Shown here: positions 1-8,024 of the stretch, piece by piece | Position numbering within the stretch: the stretch's first letter is position 1 | How the letters are laid out: each line of letters opens with the position of its first letter | DNA from: a virus | Taxonomy: Duplodnaviria; Caudoviricetes | Reading direction: 5' to 3' (one strand) | Virus record (IMG/VR): IMGVR_UViG_3300008459_000240 | Coordinates: 1 to 30,541 of that record | DNA: 30,541 bases | Notes under the pieces: generated by a model | The model's input: only the letters and a program-made list of their open reading frames with translations | Databases searched by the model: none | Told to the model about the DNA's origin: nothing | Made by a program: the position numbers and the translations under genes

Positions 1-1116
1 TAATTTAGTTTTATGACCTTTTATTATTGGTAATATATCTTGTAATATTAAAATGTTTTGTGATGTCTCTAAATTTTGAACCCAATAGTTAAATAACTTT
101 TGAGGACCCATATTGGGTAATTGTTCTTTATAGAATCTATGATTAGATATAGGACATTCAATATAACCCTCAGTATTAAACTGTTCCCATAAATTATCTA
201 TTAATGTTTGGGTTTTAGAGAAAAATTCTAAATGTTTATAGTCATCAAAAATACCTCCATATAGTTGTTTAAAGGTAAGTTCTTTACTTGTTTTATAATC
301 TACCCCATAAAGTTGAGCCATATGTTCATGTATTGACTCTTCTCCAAAACTATAATCAATTTGTTTAGCAATTAGAGTTGGATGATAAGAATCAATATCA
401 ATATCAATAAGTTTTCCATTTGTAGATACAAATGCTTTTCTAGAACCATCTTTAGGTAAAGCAGCGAAATTAATACCATTAAAACTATTTGATGGTCTTT
501 TAGTTGTAGTATCTACATTGTACTGCGAGTATACTACATTGTTTTTTATTGAATGGAGGGTATTGTTAGGTGTAAAATAATCATCTATAAGCGTTGTATC
601 CACACTAATACCACCTGATTCTATAATGTAGAAACACTCTATTGCTTTATTATAGAATTCTGAGTAATGTGTGAAGTTTATTTGAGTAAAATATTCTTCA
701 CAACGTTCATAGTGTTTAGCAATGGGAATAAATTTATTTACATCATTTCTATTTGGATACTGTCTATGATAATAATCATAAATAGGGAATGATAAATTCT
801 CTATATTAATAGGAGAATGTATTAGATTCTTTTTATTAAGAAAATACATACTTGTTTTCTTATCCCTAACAAATACTTCTTTATAACTTGCTATAAGTTT
901 TTTAATTTGTTGAAATGGAATAGAAAACGATTCATTATGTGAGATAGGAATGATATATCCTTTTTTTTCACCTTCAGGTCTAATATAGACTAATGAAACA
1001 TCATTTAAGGCGGGATGTACTAGGTTATGGTTTAGAATAAGTTCAACAAAATATCTGTTAGTTTGCTGTTGAGCAAACTCTTCAAATTGATGTTGACTTT
1101 CTATTAAATAATACAT
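1..1116 (-). CDS. polA: Compact, divergent family A DNA polymerase (3' end runs off the window; absent from the ORF track)
   Basis: Manual translation from ATG at 1116 gives 372 stop-free codons (MYYLIESQHQ...KGHKTKL). PolA motifs occur in order: GYIIPISH (exo-domain YIP-x-H), IESGGISV, TTTKRPSN (TxTGRLSS-like, 510-487), motif A DIDSYHP (399-379), motif B KELTFKQLYG (285-256), NYWVQ. Motif C is expected just past the window edge. Confidence 0.85.
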   Translation of the reverse strand, partial: MYYLIESQHQFEEFAQQQTNRYFVELILNHNLVHPALNDVSLVYIRPEGEKKGYIIPISHNESFSIPFQQIKKLIASYKEVFVRDKKTSMYFLNKKNLIHSPINIENLSFPIYDYYHRQYPNRNDVNKFIPIAKHYERCEEYFTQINFTHYSEFYNKAIECFYIIESGGISVDTTLIDDYFTPNNTLHSIKNNVVYSQYNVDTTTKRPSNSFNGINFAALPKDGSRKAFVSTNGKLIDIDIDSYHPTLIAKQIDYSFGEESIHEHMAQLYGVDYKTSKELTFKQLYGGIFDDYKHLEFFSKTQTLIDNLWEQFNTEGYIECPISNHRFYKEQLPNMGPQKLFNYWVQNLETSQNILILQDILPIIKGHKTKL

Positions 1117-1132
1117 AACCTTTATTTCCCAT

Positions 1133-1161
1133 AATATAACAAAAAATTTTTAAAATCCAAA
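1133..1161 (-). promoter_or_regulatory. Candidate sigma70-like (early/middle) promoter for the polA-like gene
   Basis: Minus strand reads TTTGGAT-16 nt-TATATT, ending 16 nt upstream of the ATG at 1116. This intergenic region lacks the ATATTTAT motif seen before structural genes. Confidence 0.4.
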
Positions 1162-1704
1162 TTAAGAATTAACTTGATAATATTGGGTCCAATTTTCTTT
1201 TAAATAAATCCCTAAACCAAACACTTGCTCTCGTTGTTCTATTAACTCAGTAATATTTTTATTTGTTCTAGCTACTTGATTTATTTCACCAGTTAATTGC
1301 CAAAATAAAGAAACATGTTTATATAGTCTCCAATAAGATGATGGATCTTTACTTTTATATTTATTGTATTCAGTTTTAGTTGTTTCAATAAAAATAGGTT
1401 CATTACGTTTAACAATGAAATAACGAGTATATTCACCATTTTTATAATCTTGAGGAGTTGGGAAAAGGGGAGATGTAGGTATTAAATTATCAATAGAATT
1501 ATTCTTTCTATTTTCTATATTAGGACTAATATATGGTATTAACTCTTTAATGTTAGGATGATTAGGTGTCCCTTCAGAGAATATTTTACCATTATATAAT
1601 TTATGATAATACCCAGTATACTTAAGTTTTGATGAAGCATAAATATACTCATTCCCTTCAGTATATAAGTTAGTTTGAACTTTATTTTTAGGTATGTAAG
1701 CCAT
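1162..1704 (-). CDS. Hypothetical phage protein, probably baseplate-associated
   Basis: 180-aa Tyr-rich ORF starting 2 nt after the hub gene stop. No catalytic motif recognised; the function is inferred from position only. Confidence 0.6.
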   Translation of the reverse strand: MAYIPKNKVQTNLYTEGNEYIYASSKLKYTGYYHKLYNGKIFSEGTPNHPNIKELIPYISPNIENRKNNSIDNLIPTSPLFPTPQDYKNGEYTRYFIVKRNEPIFIETTKTEYNKYKSKDPSSYWRLYKHVSLFWQLTGEINQVARTNKNITELIEQREQVFGLGIYLKENWTQYYQVNS

Positions 1705-1706
1705 AA

Positions 1707-4700
1707 TTAATTAATTAAAGCAGATTGATATTGAGGAGTATTAACATTAGGCCACCCAGCTGCTTTAAGTTTAGCTATAGTAGCATCAGTAAGCATTGGT
1801 GGATATCCTTTTTCAGCAGCTATTCTTCTATTTGTTTCTTCTTCTGATATAAAAGAAGGTGTATTTGAGGTTGTTGGGGCAGCAGGTGTTGTTTCAGTAG
1901 GTGTATTATTAAATATTACTTCTGTTTTAACAGAACTTAATGGAGATGGATCTAGACCAACAATTCCTCTAGAAGATAAAAATTCTAATGGGTTGGTTGA
2001 TGTTTCAAATCCAAAAGCATTTCTATCATAATCTTTTTTATATCTTATTTCATAATGTATAACTCCTGTAGAGCTTTCTCCTATTGTGACTACTTGTCCT
2101 TTAGCTATAGTTTGGTTTAAAGAAACCATTATATTAGCTGCTTCTGCTATTCTTTCAACAACTCCTAATTGAGCATTATATATATCAAGATATTGATAAT
2201 ATCCTCCTGGGTCATTTCCTACTTTTATCACTTTACCTCCTATAAAGCTAATCATTTCAGCATCGGCCCCGGAAATATCAAAATCTACCCCAGCATGTCT
2301 TCTTCCATCCCTTCTAGTATCCCCATATGCTTGACCAGATACTGTATTTGTGACATAAACTTTTGAATTTTTTGTTTTTGTATTATTAAAATTTTCTTCA
2401 GTAGCTCCGTTTTTAGACCTTTTCATAAGATCTTCTTCAAGTGGATACCAAAAATCAGGTTTTTTTAAAGACGCAACATCTGGGGCTGTGAAACTATCTA
2501 AAGTTGTTGTCCATCCATTTATGTCTATTTTATGGGTTACACTTTTAGTTAAGAATTTAATATTATTTTTATAATTACTTGGAAGTAATGTCTCATTAAT
2601 AGTGTAAGATTCAAATACTCTAGGACCACTTAACCCACTCATCACTATTTGAAGGTTAATAGGTAAAAACCCAGGACCTGGTAAACAATCTTTTTCAGTA
2701 AAATAATTTATTTCATATTTTAACATATCAACAATAGCTGATCCATAGGCTGTAATATCTTCAGATGTGATAAGGCCAGTTTGAATAAAATTAGCTAAAG
2801 AAGCATATTTAATAAGATTTTCAAGATAAACAGTTTCAGGATTTGAAGATAAAGAACCTGATTTTTGAGTTTGTTTATCCATAATACTACTTCTCTCAGG
2901 TATGATTCTATCAGTGTATCCTATATTCCATTTACTAAAAGCTGTAGCTGTTTCTCCTACAACATTACTATTAGATTGAGCAGCAGCTGTTATTTGACTA
3001 GAATAATTATTATTTAAATTACTCTTAAGTGATACATTAGTGACAAAACTGCCTAAACTATCAGTTAATAAATGAGTATTAATACGTGTAGGAGTTAAAT
3101 CTCTACCTAAAAGTTTATCAGCATTAGGTAAAACAGATGTATCTATTATATACATAGTGTTGATTAACTCATCATATTTAATTTCAAAGTTATTTAAATT
3201 ACCTGTAGCACTCTGGATACCTTGCATAAGTTGCTGGAGGAATTTAATTAAAGTCACTTTACCATTTTCATCAATATTATCTGCTAGTAAAGTAGATATA
3301 TAATCTATATTAACATGTATATGCATGAATCTACCTAAAAATTCATAACCAGATCCTACTCTAAAATAATCACCTAAAGTAGATAAGTTAAAAGCGTTTT
3401 GAGTTGTTTCTTCTACACCATTTTCATTTGTGCTTGTAACTTCATTATTTGTGTTATAAGTTGATGTGTTTATATAAAACTCAGGAGTATTACCACTAGA
3501 GACATCATATATAACTGTTTGTCCGCTTTTATAATTTACTTGTATTTTTACTAGATTTCCATTACTATCATTCATTTTAGTGTAACTATCAGCTATTGAG
3601 GTTTCTGAAAAATTAGAATCTTCATTATTAATGTTGCTCCAAGATACATCTCCAAATTTAGAATTATTATCTATAGCTGGGAATGATAATTTTTGGTAAG
3701 TAGTAGTAGCTACTGCTTGTGAAGAATCTCCTTCAGTAGACATAGCTTTATCTGATGGCTTTAATAAACAAATTCTAGGGTCTATACTAATTTGTCTAGG
3801 TAAGGTTAAACATAGATTATTATTGTAATCATGATCTATTTTAAATAAAGGCTTATATGTTCCAGCTGTTCCTTTTGATGTATCATATTTTAATAAAAAT
3901 GATTCTATAATTCTTAATAAAGTTCCTAATTTTATAAAGTAAAAATATCCAGTTGTATTATCATTAAGAGTTGTTAAACCAGCATATCTTTGTTTTCCAC
4001 CTTCTTGATATGTTAAAATATGATTTAAAGTATCAGATTTTTCATCTGGGTGTTTGTAGTTAACTCCTATTAAGTCATAGCTAGAGTGTTTTTTAGTTAA
4101 CTCAATTATATTTTCAGATGAAAGTTGAGTACCATCTAAAAACCCATCACCTTTATTTAATTCAGATCTTATAGCATGTAGTATTTGATGAATAGTAGAT
4201 TTTTCTTTATTAGGAAACTCAGGTTTTTCTTCTTCATCAGAAGTAACAGAGGTTGATGTTTGGGAAGAGGGTTGAGGATAATTAGTATTTAATTTTAATG
4301 ATTCTATAACATCACCTATAGCTACTAGTTCTAAAATAACATCATATCCTCCATTAGGTTTTAAATCCCATGTAAAATTTCTTACCCATCCATAAAATCC
4401 ATCATAATTACCACTAAAATCAGATCTTGTTTTTTCTAAATCTGTTAATAATGAATCTTGATCGTATCCACCATTTAAAAACTTATTTAATACATTGTTT
4501 GGTACAGATTTATTTAATGTACCTTTATTATCAAACCAAACAGTATGGCCCCACTCTAAAAGCATACTATACTTTAGTCTTAAATATAACGCTTCTATAA
4601 CTTTAAATTGAGATAAATTATGACATTCTATTTGAACTGTAGCATATCTTAATGTACTTTTATCACCCGCTGGTCTTATCTCAGCAGATATTATACCTGG

Positions 4701-5087
4701 GGGAGGGACTAAACCATAAGTAGGGCTAGATAGAAAACCATATGATGTAGCGGATGAGTCATATCCTACTCCGGAAGTAAAGGCAGGTAATGTAGTAGAT
4801 GAATATAATGATGGTGAGGGTAATGAAACTTTTTGATTAAAATAAGCTGAAGATAATACATATTGATTAGCTAACTTATTACCAGGTAAATTTACACCTA
4901 TTTCTTTGGTTCGAGCAGATGAAACATCAACTCCTGAGGCTAATCTAAGCCATGATGTAGAATTGTTTATAAAAGTAATAGTGTCTTGATCATATTTATT
5001 AGACTTAGCTAATTTTTGCTGTCTTATTTTAATTTGATTAGATACATATGGTTTAAAACTTTCTCCAAAAATACTTCTTTCAGCCAT
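1707..5087 (-). CDS. Baseplate hub protein (gp27/P2 gpD-like) with C-terminal M23-like peptidase domain
   Basis: 1126 aa, following the tube initiator and LysM genes. It has the hub-like end KSVTHKIDINGWTTTL, then M23 features: YGDTRRDGRRHAGVDF (HxxxD), GGKVIKVG, GQV, STGVIHYEIR, NPLEFL. Confidence 0.7.
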   Translation of the reverse strand: MAERSIFGESFKPYVSNQIKIRQQKLAKSNKYDQDTITFINNSTSWLRLASGVDVSSARTKEIGVNLPGNKLANQYVLSSAYFNQKVSLPSPSLYSSTTLPAFTSGVGYDSSATSYGFLSSPTYGLVPPPGIISAEIRPAGDKSTLRYATVQIECHNLSQFKVIEALYLRLKYSMLLEWGHTVWFDNKGTLNKSVPNNVLNKFLNGGYDQDSLLTDLEKTRSDFSGNYDGFYGWVRNFTWDLKPNGGYDVILELVAIGDVIESLKLNTNYPQPSSQTSTSVTSDEEEKPEFPNKEKSTIHQILHAIRSELNKGDGFLDGTQLSSENIIELTKKHSSYDLIGVNYKHPDEKSDTLNHILTYQEGGKQRYAGLTTLNDNTTGYFYFIKLGTLLRIIESFLLKYDTSKGTAGTYKPLFKIDHDYNNNLCLTLPRQISIDPRICLLKPSDKAMSTEGDSSQAVATTTYQKLSFPAIDNNSKFGDVSWSNINNEDSNFSETSIADSYTKMNDSNGNLVKIQVNYKSGQTVIYDVSSGNTPEFYINTSTYNTNNEVTSTNENGVEETTQNAFNLSTLGDYFRVGSGYEFLGRFMHIHVNIDYISTLLADNIDENGKVTLIKFLQQLMQGIQSATGNLNNFEIKYDELINTMYIIDTSVLPNADKLLGRDLTPTRINTHLLTDSLGSFVTNVSLKSNLNNNYSSQITAAAQSNSNVVGETATAFSKWNIGYTDRIIPERSSIMDKQTQKSGSLSSNPETVYLENLIKYASLANFIQTGLITSEDITAYGSAIVDMLKYEINYFTEKDCLPGPGFLPINLQIVMSGLSGPRVFESYTINETLLPSNYKNNIKFLTKSVTHKIDINGWTTTLDSFTAPDVASLKKPDFWYPLEEDLMKRSKNGATEENFNNTKTKNSKVYVTNTVSGQAYGDTRRDGRRHAGVDFDISGADAEMISFIGGKVIKVGNDPGGYYQYLDIYNAQLGVVERIAEAANIMVSLNQTIAKGQVVTIGESSTGVIHYEIRYKKDYDRNAFGFETSTNPLEFLSSRGIVGLDPSPLSSVKTEVIFNNTPTETTPAAPTTSNTPSFISEEETNRRIAAEKGYPPMLTDATIAKLKAAGWPNVNTPQYQSALIN

Positions 5088-5096
5088 AACTTTATT

Positions 5097-5396
5097 TTAT
5101 TGATTAAGATTATAATAATTAGATACAATATCTAAATAATTAACTGGGATTCTGATTTGAGTTTCTAAAGGTAAATATAATGAGTTTTGAGGTATATGAC
5201 TATTAGCTATAGATATAACCCACCATAAAGATGGGTCACCATAATATTGATTAGCTAATAAATCAAATCTATCACCATTAACTGAGATGACGTATATGTC
5301 ATCTGATGATAATGGTATTTGGGGGTAAATTACATTTTTATAATGACTTACCCCATTACGATTTTTTATTGTTGGTATGTTTTGGTAACGATTCAT
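5097..5396 (-). CDS. LysM-domain baseplate wedge protein (P2 gpX / T4 gp53-like)
   Basis: Motif GDRFDLLANQYYGDPSLWWVISIAN...QIRIP. Canonical position between tube initiator and hub. Confidence 0.85.
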   Translation of the reverse strand: MNRYQNIPTIKNRNGVSHYKNVIYPQIPLSSDDIYVISVNGDRFDLLANQYYGDPSLWWVISIANSHIPQNSLYLPLETQIRIPVNYLDIVSNYYNLNQ

Positions 5397-5398
5397 TA

Positions 5399-7699
5399 TT
5401 ATGGGTTAGCAAGAGGAACAGTAGGTTGAGCTAAAACTCCTGAGCCTGGTTGGGTTGGGTTAAGTACATCATTTAAAGCTCGAGTAAATCCAGGTTGGGT
5501 CGCTGGAGCGTAAGGGAGTAAAGTAGGAGGTGTAAAAGTTGGAGGAGGAGTAATTGGTTTTGCTTTTTTAAGTGAGGAAGGTGGTGGTGTACCTACTGAT
5601 GGGCTAGGTGAGCCTACATTCCTAATAAAATTCTTTTTAAATTGAGGTGTGAATGAATGAATAGGTACAAAACTAAGAGTTACATCTATCATACGAGGTA
5701 ACTGTCCTACAAAATAATTACCATATATTTCATCATCATTTTGGAGTGTTAAAGGATTACCTACCTCTTCAACAATACCTTTGTCAGTTAATTTTCCATC
5801 TTTAACATATGTGTAAACAGCGTATCTATTTATATCCCAACCTGCATCAAAAGAAGGATTTAAAGTTATACTTTTTATTATACTAGGTGTGTTAGTGAAA
5901 TAATCTCCTATAGTTAGATTAACAAAATTTCCTCTCATAAATCCAATTTGCGAGTAATCAGGTGCTAAAGTACCTACTAGATAATTTAACTTTTCATAAA
6001 TTGGAATCATTTCTGCTCTAGAATTAGCATATATTGTGAATGTTAAAGTTACATCTCTAGAAAATCCATTGTATTTATAAAAATTTTCACCTCTACCAAC
6101 ATATTTAAAAGGATCCCAATTAGCTTGAAAATTATCACTTAAATCATTAACATATGCTCTAAAAAATAAAAACCAATTTTGATCAGTTGAGTCATTATTA
6201 TTAATTTCAAAGAAAAATTTAATTAAATCAGTATTTTTATTTTCTTCTATTGTTTTATTATCAATTTCTCTAATTAAATTATCAGGATTATTCTGTTGGA
6301 GAATTGGTGATCTATTAAGTTCATCTGATAAAATTGAGCTATTGTTTTGTCTAGTGAATCCTCTTTCTTTAATAGTACCAGAAGTTTTATATGTAGTTTC
6401 TCTATTAAACCATGATATATTAGGATAAGGTTCTGGGACTTCTGTTAATATGGAAGTTGTAGAGGCTTCAGAATTAAACCCAGGATCGTTTGAAGTTAAA
6501 TTGTTAGTTAAAGAAGAGACTAAAGATGTGTATACTGGGTTTAAGGAAGATAATTGAGTACTCTGATTTTTCCTTCCAGGTTCTTCATCTACATAAACTG
6601 GGTATTGGATGGGGGATGTGGCACTATTCTGATTTACAATTTTTTTAGGTTCTGTTTCTAAAATTCTAAAAGCCGCTGACTCAGGTAAACCTTTTTCTTT
6701 ATATAACTCAACATACATCTGAGTAGCTCCTATCGCCATTATATTAGGAACATCCCAATTATCAACTTGTATACCACCAAGTGATTTTTTAGGCATTAAA
6801 TATCCTAAATCATTAGGGGTAGTTGAAGTATAATCTATAGCTACTTTAGAAATTCTAGGTTTATTAAATATAGTAGTTATATCTCTATCTAAAATATTAG
6901 ATATATTATTTGTAAATAAAGCTTCTTCTTCAGAAGGAGGTATAATACCATCTAAAAGAGCATATTGTAAAGAAACACCACTGTAAGTTGGGTTATATAT
7001 CCAAACAGAATCTTTACGGGATACAAATTTTTGGTTTTTTAAAACAGATGTATAATGAGGATTATCATATATATTTTTAGTTCGTGTTTCACCATCATCA
7101 TAAAGATCTTTAAGTCTTATAGTTGGATTTTGAATTCTTACAAATTCAAGACTAGGATCAGAAGGTGAAGTAATAGGACTATTATATTCTAATAATATAT
7201 TAGGTGGAGTAGTATTTGATACTCCAAAAGGATTAATAGCTAAATTACCTAATTCTTGATTAGCTATTTTAGCGGTATAAGCTATAGTAAGTCGATTTTC
7301 TAAAGTACCATCTGATAAGGTTTGTCCTGATGGATTTTCACCAACCCCAGCTGTTTTAGGATAATATCCTTCAGTACCACCATAAAAATAACTTAAAGGA
7401 GTATCATAAATGTTTACACCTAGTTGGGTTGGAAGAGGGAGAACATTTGTAGAACCATTTGGATAAAGACTATATTCAAATTGAACCTGATCTCTAGCTT
7501 CCCCAGTGATAGAATATGGATATAATAATGGGGATTGATCTGTAGTTAAAAGACTTGGGGGTGGGGTATTACCTTTATAAGCTGAGAGATCAGACCTTGA
7601 TGAGTCTAATGGATCTGGAAATACAGCTTCTGGAGGGGTTTTTCCATCATATTTGCTTAATTCTGATCCTTGGCGTCTTAAAGTCTTAATAATACCCAT
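5399..7699 (-). CDS. Tail tube initiator / baseplate-tube junction protein (gp48/gp54/gpU-like C-terminal domain) with a long N-terminal extension
   Basis: C-terminal domain FRAYVNDLSDNFQANW..YVGRGENFYKYNGFSRDVTLTF..LTIGDY..IKSITL fits tube-fold initiators. Located after the tape measure gene and before LysM. Ends in a Pro-rich tail. Confidence 0.65.
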   Translation of the reverse strand: MGIIKTLRRQGSELSKYDGKTPPEAVFPDPLDSSRSDLSAYKGNTPPPSLLTTDQSPLLYPYSITGEARDQVQFEYSLYPNGSTNVLPLPTQLGVNIYDTPLSYFYGGTEGYYPKTAGVGENPSGQTLSDGTLENRLTIAYTAKIANQELGNLAINPFGVSNTTPPNILLEYNSPITSPSDPSLEFVRIQNPTIRLKDLYDDGETRTKNIYDNPHYTSVLKNQKFVSRKDSVWIYNPTYSGVSLQYALLDGIIPPSEEEALFTNNISNILDRDITTIFNKPRISKVAIDYTSTTPNDLGYLMPKKSLGGIQVDNWDVPNIMAIGATQMYVELYKEKGLPESAAFRILETEPKKIVNQNSATSPIQYPVYVDEEPGRKNQSTQLSSLNPVYTSLVSSLTNNLTSNDPGFNSEASTTSILTEVPEPYPNISWFNRETTYKTSGTIKERGFTRQNNSSILSDELNRSPILQQNNPDNLIREIDNKTIEENKNTDLIKFFFEINNNDSTDQNWFLFFRAYVNDLSDNFQANWDPFKYVGRGENFYKYNGFSRDVTLTFTIYANSRAEMIPIYEKLNYLVGTLAPDYSQIGFMRGNFVNLTIGDYFTNTPSIIKSITLNPSFDAGWDINRYAVYTYVKDGKLTDKGIVEEVGNPLTLQNDDEIYGNYFVGQLPRMIDVTLSFVPIHSFTPQFKKNFIRNVGSPSPSVGTPPPSSLKKAKPITPPPTFTPPTLLPYAPATQPGFTRALNDVLNPTQPGSGVLAQPTVPLANP

Positions 7700-7710
7700 T
7701 GATTTTTTAT

Positions 7711-7719
7711 TATAAATAT
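7711..7719 (-). promoter_or_regulatory. ATATTTATA motif (candidate late promoter)
   Basis: 11 nt upstream of the ATG at 7699 and just downstream of a terminator hairpin. One of about 10 intergenic copies. Confidence 0.6.
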
Positions 7720-7728
7720 GAGGTAATT

Positions 7729-7763
7729 AAAGAAACAAATATAGGAGAAATTAATCTCCTATA
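7729..7763 (-). terminator. Intrinsic terminator after the 60-aa gene
   Basis: Perfect 9-bp stem TATAGGAGA (7740-7748) / TCTCCTATA (7755-7763) with a 6-nt loop, followed on the minus strand by TTTGTTTCTTT. Confidence 0.65.
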
Positions 7764-7792
7764 CTAATAATTTTTATTAAAATTAATTCCTA

Positions 7793-7975
7793 TTATCTAG
7801 GAGGATTATCTAAATATCCTGATGGTGTTTCACCTTTATAGTTAGATAATTGAGTTGAATTTACTGATACTGTTGGGTCAATATCAGCTACTTTAGGTGG
7901 AGTTTCACCTTTATATGCTGTTAATAATGAGCCTTCAGATTGAAGTCTACCTACAATTCCTTTGTTTTCTGCCAT
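7793..7975 (-). CDS. Small hypothetical protein with a duplicated L(S/T)xYKGETP motif
   Basis: 60 aa with an ATG and its own upstream ATATTTATA motif. Similar to the N-terminus of the 766-aa protein downstream. Confidence 0.75.
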   Translation of the reverse strand: MAENKGIVGRLQSEGSLLTAYKGETPPKVADIDPTVSVNSTQLSNYKGETPSGYLDNPPR

Positions 7976-7998
7976 GTTATTATATTTTTAAGGTTTAT

Positions 7999-8007
7999 TA
8001 TAAATAT
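7999..8007 (-). promoter_or_regulatory. ATATTTATA motif (candidate late promoter)
   Basis: Intergenic, 23 nt upstream of the ATG at 7975. Confidence 0.55.
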
Positions 8008-8024
8008 TATATTTTTAATTAAAA

